A DNA stretch of 64,000 nt from Eledone cirrhosa. Its lineage: Eukaryota. This document shows positions 1 to 14,117 of the stretch, one piece after another (position 1 is the first letter of the stretch; every line of letters begins with the position of its first letter). The stretch lies in NCBI GenBank assembly GCA_964016885.1, contig OZ024747.1, positions 17,546,001 through 17,610,000 on the forward strand, written 5' to 3'. The notes under the pieces were generated by a model. That model worked only from the letters and a program-made list of their open reading frames with translations. It did no database searches and was not told the DNA's origin. The position numbers and the translations under genes are program-made.

Positions 1-654
1 CATCTTTAAACCCTAAGTGAAGTTATTTATTGCTGAATCGTCCTTTAATTATTGACTTAGCAGTTGTTCTTATATTATCTGCTTGGTTAAAACATGCATA
101 GCAAGTACATAAAACCTATAGCCTGATAAATGTGTCCGAACACGAAAGAGCCGAACCCCCACTGCCATCGCCTCCATCTCTATCGCCTTACCTACCTCTC
201 TGTATTATGAGAAAATGGGGTCCTACGTGCTGGCAGCCCTAAGGCCCCGCCGGACAGAATGGAGAAGGCGTTTCCCCGGAGGATGGTAAGGGAGATACTG
301 TGTAGTGAGAACAAACAAAAGAACACACGCATCGCGCAACATGTAAGGTTGGGACAGATTATGTAACTGGAACTAACTATCAGCAATCAGTAATATTTTT
401 TTTACTAATTCTTCATGCTTTAGTTATTCTCGTGAGGGATTCTGTTCTAATCGTTTGCTTTAATATCTTGGCGAATCTACTCCTGTTGTTATGTGGCAAT
501 TTTCTAAGTATTGATGTTTCATTTGGTTCTGATTATAGGTGCAAGGATATTTTCCTGCTGGTGTGAGTGATATGTTTTCTAATCTTGCTTCCTTTTCGCC
601 CTGTGCCTCGACAGAAAGATGGTCTTACTCTCTCACTTTCTTGTCTCTATAAAT

Positions 655-900
655 ACATAAACACGTACATACATACATATATGCATAAACATACACGTAC
701 ATACATACATATATATAAATATATATGCAAACATACACACATACATACGTACATAAACACGTACATATGTATGTATGTATACATGCATACATACATACAT
801 ACAAACATACATACATACATACATACATACATACATACATACATACATACATACATACATACATACATACATACATACATACATACATACATACATACAT
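655..900. repeat. (CATA)n microsatellite, degenerate at the left end
   Basis: Tandem ACAT units; explains the HTYI/MYVC ORFs. Confidence 0.95.
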
Positions 901-1898
901 GGGTAAACACGTATACATGTATGTATAATTACATACACGAATTCTGTTTCCAATTATACTGTACTTCAAAGTCTTTGCTCGAACGTCCCAGTTGCAATAC
1001 GCTTCGTCTTTGCTTGGGAAAGTCTAGACTGACAGGCACGATCAAATTCATGTGCAGACATTTTGTTGGAAGTGTTATATTTTCAAATCAATTTTTCCTT
1101 TGCCCCGGTGGTATTGTGGTTTTGCTGACGGTTGGTTGTGTACATACTTTAGCGTCTAATCTCTCAAAGCACAGATAAAAATTTTAACAATGCCCAACAA
1201 TTACTAACTGTCTACGACAGATTATATGGTCTCAAAACTATATATTTGATGAAAACAAAGCTGAGCAGGTTTCTCTGTTATATATTGACAAAACAAGACA
1301 CAATAAAATTAAATATGGAATACAATAAACATTATCTTATAAAAGTATTCAGCAAAATATTTAGCTTTATCATATTTTATTTCATGAGTTTTATTTTCTA
1401 ATACCCAAAGCTAACTGCCAACACAAAACATTTTTTGTGGATATGAAGAAAAGATATATGATGATGGAGGCTTGAATTGTAAATATTAATTGATGCCAAA
1501 ATTGCTGAAAGATTACAGTACTGTTAAATTGAATGAACATAGATGTGAATTTATGTCGCTTAAAAAGCGACGTTAATATATATTTGCTGTTTCTCTATGA
1601 TTGCCTGTAATAAATGCTTAGAGTTATTTCCTCTGTCTGGTTGCAAACAACATAAGACTCAGTGGAGTTTATTAAATGCACTGTTGTTTAATGAAAATGA
1701 TTTACATTCGGGTTATTTAGGGATAAGTGTGTCTTCTGTCCTCAGCTTGTGTCACCATAAATATCACGTCTACCATTCATTTTTTACAAGTAAATTCATT
1801 TAAAAGTATTTGCCTACTGTTTGTATGCTTTGACAATCTATTCATTTAGTATTTCCCTCCCGCTAATCTCATATATGTCTTGCAGGTATGACTAAGGT

Positions 1899-1934
<36 letters not shown>

Positions 1935-2082
1935 ATAATAATAAATTTTTGAAGACTAAAATCCAAAGAGGGTTCGATAAGGATAAATATATATCAATTA
2001 TATATGTATGTATGTATGTATATATGTATAGTGTGACAATAAGAAGTCAGATTTTCAGCGTGCTATGAACATGAAACTGTCC

Positions 2083-2136
<54 letters not shown>

Positions 2137-2266
2137 TATAGTTATTGGGGAGCCATGGCTCCCTGGCGTCCCAACATTCACTGACCACTGACCCTTATAT
2201 ATATATAAGGGTCAGTGGTCAGTGAATGTTGGGACGCCAGGGAGCCGTGGCTCCCCAATAACTATA
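2137..2266. repeat. 130-bp near-perfect palindrome centred on a short TA run
   Basis: tatagttattggggagcc...gaccct tatatatatata agggtc...ggctccccaataactata; about one mismatch between arms. Confidence 0.95.
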
Positions 2267-2363
2267 TTTTTCTCCCAAAAATACCATAACACACATCTAT
2301 TTGTATATGCGCTACAATTTATGCACATGCTATGAAGAGATAGATGAGAGAAACAGATATAGA

Positions 2364-2535
2364 TATAGAGAGGAGGAGAGTTTGGTGCTAATTGATATAG
2401 GGAGGAGGACTGGAAGAGAGATCCTTGTAGTATATATAGAGAGCGGGAGAGTTTGGTGCTAATTGAAATAGTGAGGGGTATTGAAAGAGAGTTCCGTGTA
2501 GTAGATGTAGAGAGGGGAGAGTTTGGTGCTAATTG

Positions 2536-2536
<1 letters not shown>
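2364..2536 (+). repeat. ~70-bp minisatellite, about 2.5 units
   Basis: gagtttggtgctaattg recurs at about 2378, 2449 and 2519. Confidence 0.85.
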
Positions 2537-2607
<71 letters not shown>

Positions 2608-2609
<2 letters not shown>

Positions 2610-2813
2610 CGAAGGAAATGTGGTAAGGAACCAGGTGGACCATAACGCACCAAAGTACTCAATACTTAGGGTAGTAGGGTGGGTAATAGGAACGAGTAGG
2701 ACCCCGATGGCTGAGCTCAAGCCGTTTCGACGGCTAATTCTGGACTAAATTTAGTCCAGAATTAGCTGTCGAAACGGCTTGAGCTCAGCCGTCGGGGTCC
2801 TACTCGTTCCTAT
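2608..2813 (-). mobile_element. Fold-back mini-element, family A copy 1 (hammerhead 3' half plus tail; probable Penelope-like pLTR fragment) in (TA)n
   Basis: Palindrome 2686-2813; GAAAC-GGCT(tgagctc)AGCC-GTC at 2771-2793; homologous to 34781-34960 in opposite orientation; TA runs on both sides. Confidence 0.7.
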
Positions 2814-2815
2814 AT

Positions 2816-2867
<52 letters not shown>

Positions 2868-2945
2868 ATATATATTCATTGTGCATGCGATATTACATCA
2901 CATATAATATATATTACCGCGGACGTACACATACAATCGCACACA

Positions 2946-2989
<44 letters not shown>

Positions 2990-2996
2990 TATATGT

Positions 2997-3142
2997 CAAT
3001 AATTGTCGCAAGTGTAGTGTTTGTACCAGAGTTTTCAAGTCGCTGGCTGGACTAAAAAAGTCACACTCGTTCAGCGCATCGGTAGGGGTTCTCCTACGTG
3101 GATATAAAGTAGTGGCCGTACTCGAAAACGAGTTGGCAGCCA

Positions 3143-3144
<2 letters not shown>
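2997..3144 (+). mobile_element. 3' end of an RTE-like non-LTR retrotransposon with a C2H2 zinc-finger remnant
   Basis: Encodes CSVCTRVFKSLAGLK(frameshift)SHTRSAHR*; ends gttggcagccacca; same sequence at 27221 and 28036 on the minus strand. Confidence 0.7.
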
Positions 3145-3187
<43 letters not shown>

Positions 3188-3191
3188 TACA

Positions 3192-3224
<33 letters not shown>

Positions 3225-3779
3225 TTGTCGAGTGTGTATATGTGTGTGCTTAATGTTTTTTTTCCTTATGTCATCATACATTAGATTTACACATAACTCA
3301 TCACTGTTCTTCAGTTCTTTAGTTCCCAAAATCTAACGATTAACATCATGCGGCTAAAATTAGATGCCAGTTCTCTTACGTGAAAAAGTCAAAAACTTTC
3401 TTTGGAAATGATTTATTGATTATTTATACTAAGAAGATAGTTTTCGACGCCAGAAGACTTGAATGGCATGGAACTCTATGATTTGTCTATGTTGCGTGTA
3501 CGTGTGTAAAAGTGAAAGCCAGACCAATTGCTAGTGGTTCGCGTGCCGTATTTTCTAATTATTTCTTCAGCTCATGATAAAATGTTAGGCATGTTTGTGA
3601 CTTGTGTTATGTGCAATATGTACCGACAAAAATTGAAACCCTGTTCGATATTTAATACTTTACATTATCTATTTAATCGGAAATATCATGAAAACAATCT
3701 ACCGCAGTTGCTAAGACATGTCAGCACGAGAAAACTAAGATATTTCTCCAATATTCCGATTGAAGAAAATGTGCAGATA

Positions 3780-3988
3780 ATTGAGCAGAAGTTGTTCAAT
3801 AGTTGAATAGATTATCATCTATTCAACTATTGTACAACTTCTGCTCAATATTTTTCTAACGTAGATACAAACACATCACAAAGCAAACAGAAGGGTTGAA
3901 CATCCTGTAATAAATAATTATTTATTACACGATGTTCAACCGTTCTGTTTGCTTTGTGATGTGTTTGTATCTACGTTAGAAAAATATT
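3780..3988. repeat. Two abutting palindromes (3780-3849 and 3847-3988)
   Basis: 33-bp arms around a tatc loop, then 71-bp arms with no loop (centre ataa|ttat); few mismatches. Confidence 0.92.
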
Positions 3989-4106
3989 TTTTGTATTTAT
4001 ATATTTTTATATATCAATTTGTGAACAGGGTTAAATTGTGGTCCCCTGTATTTCGGTTTATGAGAGTGACAAGAAAATGTGTAACACGATACAAGAGACT
4101 ACCTCC

Positions 4107-4360
4107 ATGAACCAGCTTGCATTCGACTTCCTAGCCATGGTACATCGATACACACACATGCACACACACGCACACACATACTCATACGTACACACACACA
4201 TATATATATATATGTCATCATTTTACGCCCTCTTTTCCCTGCGTATACACTCACACACACATGGCATATTATGAACCAGCTTGCATTCGACTTCCTAGCC
4301 ATGGTACATCGATACACACACATGCACACACACGCACACACATACACATACGTACACACG

Positions 4361-4375
<15 letters not shown>
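4107..4375 (+). repeat. Local ~100-bp direct duplication
   Basis: atgaaccagcttgcattcgacttcctagccatggtacatcgatacac at 4107 and 4271; the second copy runs into an expanded (TA)n. Confidence 0.9.
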
Positions 4376-4448
<73 letters not shown>

Positions 4449-4466
4449 CGTATATAGTGAAATATA

Positions 4467-4579
<113 letters not shown>

Positions 4580-4788
4580 ATATGTATATATGTGTGTGTG
4601 TGTTGAATTTAGTTCTTCGTATTATGTAATATCCTGCGGCTGATGTATGAGGCAGCATATGACGGACAGACAGCGAGATAGACAGAGAGACTTTGTATGT
4701 ATGTACTTATGTATCTGCGTACGTGTGTATGTATGCATTTATGTATATATATTCTTTAGTTCTCCTTATGCATGTATATATATATTCT

Positions 4789-4984
4789 TTAGTTCTCCTT
4801 TTCGGGTAGTGTTTTCGATGCTCAGAGAGTGGGATTGGTCGAGTGTAAGGTCTTTTCCCACTTAAAATACCTTAAAAGCAGAGGCATCGCTTGTTCAGGA
4901 TTTGTTACAGGTTCGTGTGGCTGGCCGTAGCCTAAAAGTGAACCATTTACTGTAATCTGACAAGTGATTACATTACAGCCATCT
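4789..4984 (+). mobile_element. 3' fragment of an RTE-like element with (TATG)n tail
   Basis: Diverged reverse complement of 27644-27846; ends cagccatc followed by (TATG)n. Confidence 0.6.
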
Positions 4985-5295
4985 TGTATGTATGTATGTA
5001 TGTTTGTATATATGTATATATGTATGTTTGTATGTATGTATGTTTGTATGTATGCATGTATGTTATGTATGCTGCACTGTAGTTAATACAATAGCGTGTT
5101 GTAATTGATATATTTGTATACAATCTATAAAATCTTATTCAGTCTTCCTGCTTTGCTGAAATTCAAATTAAATCTAAATAATTTAGCCAGTTTGTTTAAA
5201 AGAAGATTGTGTTAAAACCCGAAATGTTTCTATAGAATACCTAATAGTCATACGATATGTGTTTTACGTGTCAAATTAATCATTTTACTCTAGTG

Positions 5296-5487
5296 TGTGT
5301 GTGTGTGTGTGTGTGTCCAAGGTATATCTCGTTGTAGGTGTCTTGGGTGATTTAATGATACGGACCCCAGTCCTATCATCTCATTTCTACAGCTGAGTAA
5401 ACTGGAGCAACGTGAAATAAAGAATTGAACTCACAACCTTTCGATTGCAAGCCGAATGCTCTAACCACTAAGCCATGCGCCTTCCCT
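5296..5487 (-). mobile_element. tRNA-derived SINE, family 2, with (CA)n tail and 13-bp TSD
   Basis: Minus strand starts gaaggcgcatggcttagtggttagag (A box) and has gagttcaattc (B box); ttttactctagtg at 5283-5295 and 5488-5500; matches 41677-41885. Confidence 0.85.
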
Positions 5488-6373
5488 TTTTACTCTAGTG
5501 AGGTCATCTGATTACAAATCCATTATAGAATGTATAAGAACGAAGGATTACATAAAAAAATGTTTGTTTTATAGTGATGTAAATATGGTGAATTGACCGA
5601 ATTGGTAGAGCGCCAGCTAATATGCCAATGCGTTATTTGTTCGGGCTGTTTAAATTCTGAATTCAAATAACGCTCAAGTCAACCGTTCGTAGTCTATAAA
5701 TAGAGTACCAGTCATGTTCTGGGGATTCAGTTAATCAACTTTGTCTTTCCCTAAAATTTGCTGGATTTGTGATTAAATTACAAACTAAATTTACAGCTCT
5801 GCTTTTTCGCACAATCTTGAGACAAGAACGAGCCTCTGTGGCTTAACACAATCTACTAAAAATATAAGATATATTCATATTTCCTTAAAAAACATTATAC
5901 CCTCTTAAAATTGGAATGGTATTCATAGATATGTAATGGTTCAGAGAAGAAATTTCGGAAGGTTACGGGTGAAACACTATTAAACCCGAGTCTTCCCATT
6001 TAGAATAAATGTAGAGTGAAACAACAACAGTGGCCAGTTATTCCAGCTTTAAATTTGCAGTTATATAGAACGACGCAATGAGAATTGTATGTTTAGATAA
6101 GGGAATAAGTGATGCATTGAAGCATCAGTAACAGAATACAAACTACCTATATTTTCGATATTTCTTTGACATCATCTGGAGCCAGCTGTCCGAATGTCTT
6201 ATATTGTGCGTTCACTGAATCATATTTTTCTTTAACTTATAAATACGGAGACTTGTAGCTTATCAAAAAAATTGTTTTGAATATTTTTTTTTTTATTTCT
6301 GGTTCCTCCATCTCAACGAGACATCTTTTCCTTTGATAACTACAGCTCTTCTTTTGAGAATAATAATAAGTTG

Positions 6374-6501
<128 letters not shown>

Positions 6502-8799
6502 ATTCTCAAGTTAATCACGTGACATTTGTATAGTCCAGTGCTGCTGAATTAGAAGTAAGAGAATTTTTTTTTTTCTTTGAACGAATATTTTCTAGTGATA
6601 TTCAAGTTAAGTTAAGTTCAAGGCATCTGTCCAAATACCTGCTTGGCAAAGAATTGAGAGCTGCGCATATAAATCAAGAGAAAGTCATAAGAAGTAACAT
6701 AGTTACGATAAATACACAAAATTATACAATTCTACGGCAGTAATCGCTAGAGCTTACAAATTAGCCGAGTGCGTGCCAAGACCTCGATTAAAGAACAAAA
6801 AAAATATGAAACTAAGGTTAGAAACTGATATATATCATTCTCAGACGAAATCAGTCAACTGCAAAATATTTCTTTTCCTTTTAATTTGATATTCGAAAGT
6901 AAGGGATGCAACATAGTTGAATGGTTACAGGGTTCATTTCTCAATCATCAAGTCGCAAGGTCAATCCCACGTTGCGGTATCTCGGTCGAGTGTTATGTAA
7001 TATAGTTTCATATCGATCAATGCTTTGTGTATGAAAGTGGGTATACAGAAACTGTTTAAAAGTCCGTTGGATGTATTGCAATTTAAATTCAAATTTTTCA
7101 CACACTCTTTCATGCTGACTACTCCTGAGAATTACATTAAGGGCACAGGTGTGTGTGGAATACTCAGCCAGTTAATTTCCTGAGCAGTGTGTTCCACTGA
7201 TCGAACAAATATCATTATAGGAAACTGATCGAGGTACGTTCCAACCGTAAGTGAGAAAGAAATGTTAAATAGTTATCATCTTTCTGCTAATCCGGTTTCC
7301 ACTGATCATTTTAAACCTATTTTTAATTTCAATTAGTTTTCACCCCTGTGATTTTTCACCTCAATAAATAGCTTGCAAAGATGACATAGCATAACGTAGG
7401 AATGTCCCACAGCATGTAGCTAACTCATTAACATTTGTACTGCGATATGACTTTCTAGAAGTTGAAGCTAGATTTCCACATAACCAATTATCTTTATAAA
7501 GAAAATGTGCTGGACACCAAATTTCGCAACTCGATGAATTAAAGAAACAGCTATGATAATTGCTGTTGCTTGTTGTATAAAAGTCAATTAATCTAGTAGC
7601 TAGATTGTGAAATTGCACATAAAATTAATTTCAAATACAAAGTTTCTAGGCAAGTTCTCTTGTCTGACAGACAAGGATTAATTATTTCGAGATGTTAAAC
7701 GTTCATCTCCTCTTCAACTATTTCACATGGATTTCCATAACATACAAAAAATTATCAAAGTGAACATTCAAGCAATATGGTAAGAAACATGATCTTTTGT
7801 TTACATCCGTGTTGGTTGTTCAACGCTAACGAAACCGTCAACATGACAAGTCTCATCTTTCCCATATAAACAGTGGCAATCGAACATGCTACCACATATT
7901 CTGGTTATTACGAACCAGCTTCAATCAACGGACGGAATTATGTTTACTTTATACACCAATAAAGGAATTATCTTCAAACCTATAATAACATGTATACAGA
8001 GATTTAGAGAGAGTATTAATTGAGTGGGATATAAAACAAAAGAATGACTCAGTAGTTCTAATTTACAAAGGGTTTGATAAATAGCTACTGTCATAGTCAT
8101 GATTAATATTTTCTTTATTTCTTTGTGAAATACCAAGCACTTCATTTATGTTAAAAAATATCGATCTTGACCTTTCATAAAATCATATTACGTCATGTAT
8201 GTCCTCCTCTAATGGTATTCTCTTAATTGGCATAGCATCCGCCATTTTCAGGTCAGAAGTATTTCATGTCAAACAGTACCTTTGTAGTTTCTGGCGTGCA
8301 AATCGTAAACCTATTGACATGTGGTAAGAGAATGCACTTCATCGTACTTTGGTATTTGGATGAAAACATTCTGACATTCTTCATGAAAGTAATAAATCCA
8401 TAATTAATGTGCGTTTGTTAGAAACGTAATATTCGAGTATGAGAATTCATTGCTTGCTATGAACAAGTTTAATGTTAGTAGATTTTCCATTTCCAGACGT
8501 CAATGCTGCTAGTGTTTATAAATACATAGACAGGAAAGTTTTTCTACATACATTGTGACCTTCATAGTATTAGTAACCAATTCTTCTGTCTGGTTCGCGT
8601 CTGATAAAATTTATTAGATCGATCACCCCTCCCACTTTTTCAAACTATGCTGTCATATTTCTTCTGAACCAAAGTATTAAAACTATGATTTTACTATAAA
8701 ATTGTGCTGTTATTCGCTTATAGAAACTCGCGCATATTGTGGTGTAATGAATAATGCTTTAAATACGAATGAAACTAAATTACATTATGCAAATCCTGA

Positions 8800-8992
8800 G
8801 GGTAGTGGATTGGCAGTGTCGGTGGAGGGTCGGACGCCATGCTTTTCAGTACAGACTTACGGCCCTTTACGTTCTGAGTTCAAATCTCGCCGAGCTTAAC
8901 TTTGCCTTTCATCCTTAAGGGGTTGATAAAATAAAGTACCAGTAATGCGCTAGGATAATTGCTGGCCTTGTGCCAAAAGTAGAAACAATTAT
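8800..8992 (+). mobile_element. tRNA-derived SINE, family 1 (short variant)
   Basis: gtggattggcagtgtcggt...gagttcaaatctcgccgag...ctttgcctttcatcctt...aagtaccagt...ctggccttgtgcc...gaaacaattatt. Confidence 0.88.
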
Positions 8993-9015
8993 TCAAATCC
9001 TGCTCACAAATCGTT

Positions 9016-9122
<107 letters not shown>

Positions 9123-9539
9123 GAGAGAGAGAGTATAATCCACCTCGAACTATAGTTTTCTTGGAAGGTGTATCCAGGTGTAGAAACATGAACTCCGGAT
9201 TTTGTGCCATATTTATTGTTAGCTAAATCATCTTATTTACACACTTGCACCAGTAGGCTATACTATGACTCTGGTGTAGTGCCAGCCAGATGTTATTATC
9301 ATATTGGATATTAAACAGTTGCACAGCCTTCTGGTCAAAAGTAATATAATGACCGTTCACCAGTTTCTATTGTGAATGTAAGTCACGTTCCTGTATATAA
9401 ATCATCGTTTTTTTAAACTATATCGGTTACATACATTTTTGTATAGATACATGAAAGTAAATTTACATAGGGAACTGGACTAATCTTTTCTATAGTTGTA
9501 CATCCGATTGAATCAACTCTCAGTAAATTACATGTCCAG

Positions 9540-9690
9540 GACCCTGGTAAAGGGCAGTGGTGATGAGACTGCTGACGCTAGAATGGAGTGGGGTATATGG
9601 CGCCCTGGTCAACGTGCCGGTGACAAATACAACTTTTAGTAACCGGATGATGATGATGATGATGATGACGACGACGATGATGATGACGAC
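9540..9690 (+). mobile_element. Possible 3' end of a LINE with (GAT)n tail
   Basis: GC-richer unique segment ending directly in (GAT)n; resemblance to RTE 3' ends only. Confidence 0.3.
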
Positions 9691-9753
9691 GATGAGAAGG
9701 AAGCGGAGAAGAAGAAGAAGAAGAAGAAGAAGAAGAAGAAGAAGAAGAAGAAG
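9647..9753. repeat. Compound (GAT/GAC)n-(GAA)n microsatellite
   Basis: Seen directly. Confidence 0.95.
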
Positions 9754-10046
9754 AGGGGGTCATAGATTCCTTACACCATTATGTTAAATGATAAAGTCGA
9801 TCCCTGTTTATCTTTAACTCAAAACAAAACGAAATTCACTCTGCTACATGTAATGAAACCTGAGGGTATTACTCAATCTTTATGTAGAAATAATGCACGT
9901 GTACACACATGCACACATATAGCTACATGTGCATGTGGGCTTAAGAACAATTGGAGCTAATATACATTTTAATGTGAATGCATGGATATATCATTCAAAA
10001 TCTCGAAACAATATGTATGAATACACACATACACTTACACACATAC

Positions 10047-10077
<31 letters not shown>

Positions 10078-10289
10078 ACATCATCATAAGTGGTACGACA
10101 TTTCTTTCACACGTTGCAATGGAGTCGATTCAGAGACGGGGGGGGGGAGAAAGAGAGGAAAGACAAATTGAGAGAGAGGTGCACTCAGAGAGAAGAAACC
10201 TTCACACGGAACACTAAACATATTCTGATAAAGGATTTATAACAATCCATATTCATTTCAATAGAGCTGTTAACTCCGGAAAAATATTT

Positions 10290-10789
<500 letters not shown>

Positions 10790-11605
10790 CCGCCCACCAA
10801 TAATTATATCCAGATAGTGAGTGCTGCCGGAACATTAAATGCCGGAAAATCGGTTCTGTACTTGTGTTAGAAACAAACTAGGTAGTGTTTGTATATTTCT
10901 TGCATGAATAATCTAAGCTAATCAAAGTTTTTCAATTCGCAATATTCTTTTATTTTTTGGCTAAGGCTGCTTTTAATTCACCAATATTGCAAGTCTTTGC
11001 AGTGCACTGCACTGAACTTTGTATGTCCACTTACAGAAATAGATATGGGTTTTAAATTAAAGATTTTTAATTACAACATTAGAAAAAGGGAAGATGTGTT
11101 GCTCCACATGGTTTGGTTTCTGTTTTAATTTCCTTAATACTGGTTGAAAGTAAAAGAGAATTAATTGCAACGAGCTTTAATGCATTTGCTACGAGCATTT
11201 TCTATTTTCGAGAGAAAACCTACACCGATTCTATTTTTTATACCTCAAGTTAATCTTCTTGAAACTAATTTTCTAAATAAAAGAAAAAATATATTTTCAA
11301 GCCAAATCAATATAAAGTGCTTTTTCTATAAGTGACATTAATTGTTTATGTATAAAACATACTAATTACAATATGAAACAATAGCAGCATTTGAAGAATA
11401 TAAAAGCAATAAGTGGGAAATACACCACACACGTATATTGTGTGCGTATGCGTACGCGTGTGCACGCGTATGTATGTACATATTATGTAAGCATGTATGT
11501 ATGTATTTGTATGTAACCCTGTGTATTTCTTCTTACACACATACATACTCTTTCTATCCCTCTCATCATTCTCCTCCTCTCTATCTCTATTTCTTTATCA
11601 CTCAC

Positions 11606-11689
<84 letters not shown>

Positions 11690-13129
11690 ATTTCAGTCTG
11701 TCTCATAAAGCAACATTTCCTCGACGTTTAGTGTGTTCTTATTCTTATTCGTTAAGAATAAGATATCTGTGTATTTTACAGACATGCATATGCGGAGCTT
11801 AATTCTCGGGGAGAAGATGCATGACACATTGCGTTAAGGTTAGCTCTTTTATTTATTTATAGACATGGTCCTTCCGATGGGCTTGAAAAATGTTTTTGTC
11901 TAGACGAGTTTATTAACAATGATTGGGTCGGCTCGTGACTATGGCAAGAGTGACTTCCAGAAGATGTCATAAAGTGCGATAGACCTATGATTCATGTGAC
12001 AAAAACATATTAACCACCCAGGCATGCTGTTTCTCTGTACTGATAGTTTTAATAATTATTTTTAGCATTACTGCATCACTGACTGCCGTTTCTTTCTATT
12101 CACTTTTGCCATATACTTAGGACTGAAAATCCTGATAATTTCATTTTTTTTAAATTTACTTTAGAGTAGTTATGTCTTTGAGAATAAAACCGTTTGTTTA
12201 CTTTTTGTTGCTGTTGCTGTATTTTGATTTGTTGCTCTTTTCTTTTTCTTTTTTTTTACAAGAGTATTATACCATATCAACTATGGAAACCCCAAAATAT
12301 CAAGCGAAATTATACATGAACAGAATAGTTTCAAGAAATTTATAAACTTAAGGAAACATTTTAGTGACTAATAATTGCAACATATAAATGTACTTGTCTT
12401 GCGTTGGAAGCAGTCGACCGAAATGACGAGAAATCTCAATGTACGTGCTAAGTGGTTGTCTTCAATATAATAGACACTATAGAAAATGCATTAAGTCAGC
12501 AAATTTGTCTAAAAGTAGTATATTGCTATAATCATAAAAGGACCAAATATTTGTTTTAAGTATATCACTTTTGGATTCACTACTTGTGATAGCGTCAAAT
12601 TCTTTACTCTATATATGTTATATTTATAGTGCTAACCTTATAAAAGTTGTCTAGAGATAATAATCGCACAGGGTCAGTAGAAATGCTACAGCACCTAACA
12701 AAATGATTTCTATTATCTAGCTTCCTTGCTTTATGTTCTAAGGATAAATCTTAATGTAGTCGACTTTGCTTTTTATATGTAAATTTCGAAGAATAAATAC
12801 TATTCTTATACTTGAAGTCTAATGACAGTTAAATATTCTTAGTTATATAAATATGGACTGGCAGAAACTTTAAAGCATTGTGTTGTACAGATAAGCTCCC
12901 TTTACGTTTTGAAGTATAATCCCATCTGGGAGAGCTTTAATTTTTATCTCTCTAGTGTTGATACAAGTGGCTTTGAAATTCTACGGACATTATGACAAAA
13001 GGCACTAAGTTTGAGATATCAATTCCTAATTGTCTAAATCTTTAAGGTAATTTATTGTTAATACGATTATAGATCCTCGGATAATTGACTATTCTTTAGA
13101 TGTGAAAGTGTGTTATAATATTTACATCT

Positions 13130-13507
13130 CATAATCCGGCGGACTCAGCCGAAATGGACTCAACAATTGATCTCCACGTGGGTCTGTCGTTCATTGCCGT
13201 TGCCAAGTCCTGGAGTTCAATACCAGAATCTCTGGAGATGACATCAGGGTAGGAGAGCTTGCGCCCCCTGTTATTAGTGATTGCTTGTGGTTTCCAAAGC
13301 ACTAATTGGAATACAGCCTCGTAGGTGGCATGATGGCAGTGGCTAGCAAATCTTCCTCGCCTCTTACGTACGACAGATATGCGTGGGAGGGCGGCATACA
13401 TCTCTCTCAAAAGCAATCTTGCTATATGGACGTGAAACATGGACACTTTCATCCAAACAACAAAAGCACTTACGCCTGCTTCAGCGCATTCAGAATATAA
13501 GCTGGGG
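13130..13507 (-). mobile_element. 5'-truncated RTE-clade LINE with inverted 5' segment
   Basis: Minus strand 13129-13410 encodes LREMYAALPRIS..RFASHC..LVLWKP..RGRKLSYPDVISRDSG..AMNDRPTWR; plus strand 13413-13511 encodes AILLYGRETWTLSSKQQKHLRLLQRIQNISWGH; acatct flanks both ends. Confidence 0.85.
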
Positions 13508-13719
13508 ACATCTGCCTTGACGTCTACACAATGTCTCGACTCGTCAGATCTCCGAACGTCACCATATCTCATATTTCTAGATATGTACATACTAAAACAT
13601 TGGATTAGAATTCGAAATATTCCTAAATTTGAGAATAGCATTGTTTTCATCAGCTCAGCTACCGATGCTAAGCTACTGTGGCATAGTGGATATATAATGT
13701 AGATTTAAATATTTTTTTC

Positions 13720-14117
13720 GGATTTAGGCACAAGGACAACAATTTGGTCTGGGGAGGGGGAACGTCGATTAAAATGAGCCCAGTGAGTTACTGGTACTTT
13801 ATTTTATCGACCCCTTAAGGATGAAAGGTAAAATTAACTTCGGCGGGATTTTAACTCAAACCGTAAAGGGCCGTAACTCCATGCCGTAAAGCATGCTGTC
13901 ATACTCTCTACCGATACTGCCAACAATAATGGTTTCTACACAAGGCCAACAATTTGGGGGGAGAGTAAAGTCGATTACATCGGCCCCAGTGCGTGACTGG
14001 TACATGATTTTATCGACCCCGTAAGGATGAAAGACCAAGTTAACCTCAGATTTGAACTCAGACCGTAAATCCTTGCCGCAAAGCACGTTGTCATACTTTC
14101 TACCGATACTGCTAACA
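13720..14117 (-). mobile_element. Two tandem family-1 SINE copies
   Basis: Two reverse copies, each with cgacccc-taaggatgaaag and ctaccgatactgc. Confidence 0.88.

Noticed and set aside
120-156. Hammerhead-like ctgataa-atgtgtccgaacac-gaaa
   Set aside because: Core deviates (CTGATAA) and there is no convincing stem I/III or cleavage triplet.
140-350. GC-richer patch with two gtaagg donor-like sites (possible exon)
   Set aside because: No recognisable protein or supporting acceptor; cannot be supported without transcripts.
2364-2536. CRISPR-like regularly spaced 17-bp repeats
   Set aside because: The intervening sequences are homologous to each other, the context is eukaryotic and there are no cas genes; it is a minisatellite.
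9557-9787. Poly-Met/Arg or poly-His/Ser ORFs
   Set aside because: Trinucleotide microsatellite translations.
13129-13650. 173-aa ORF as a host gene
   Set aside because: Chimeric read-through of flank, antisense RTE segment and RTE C-terminus.
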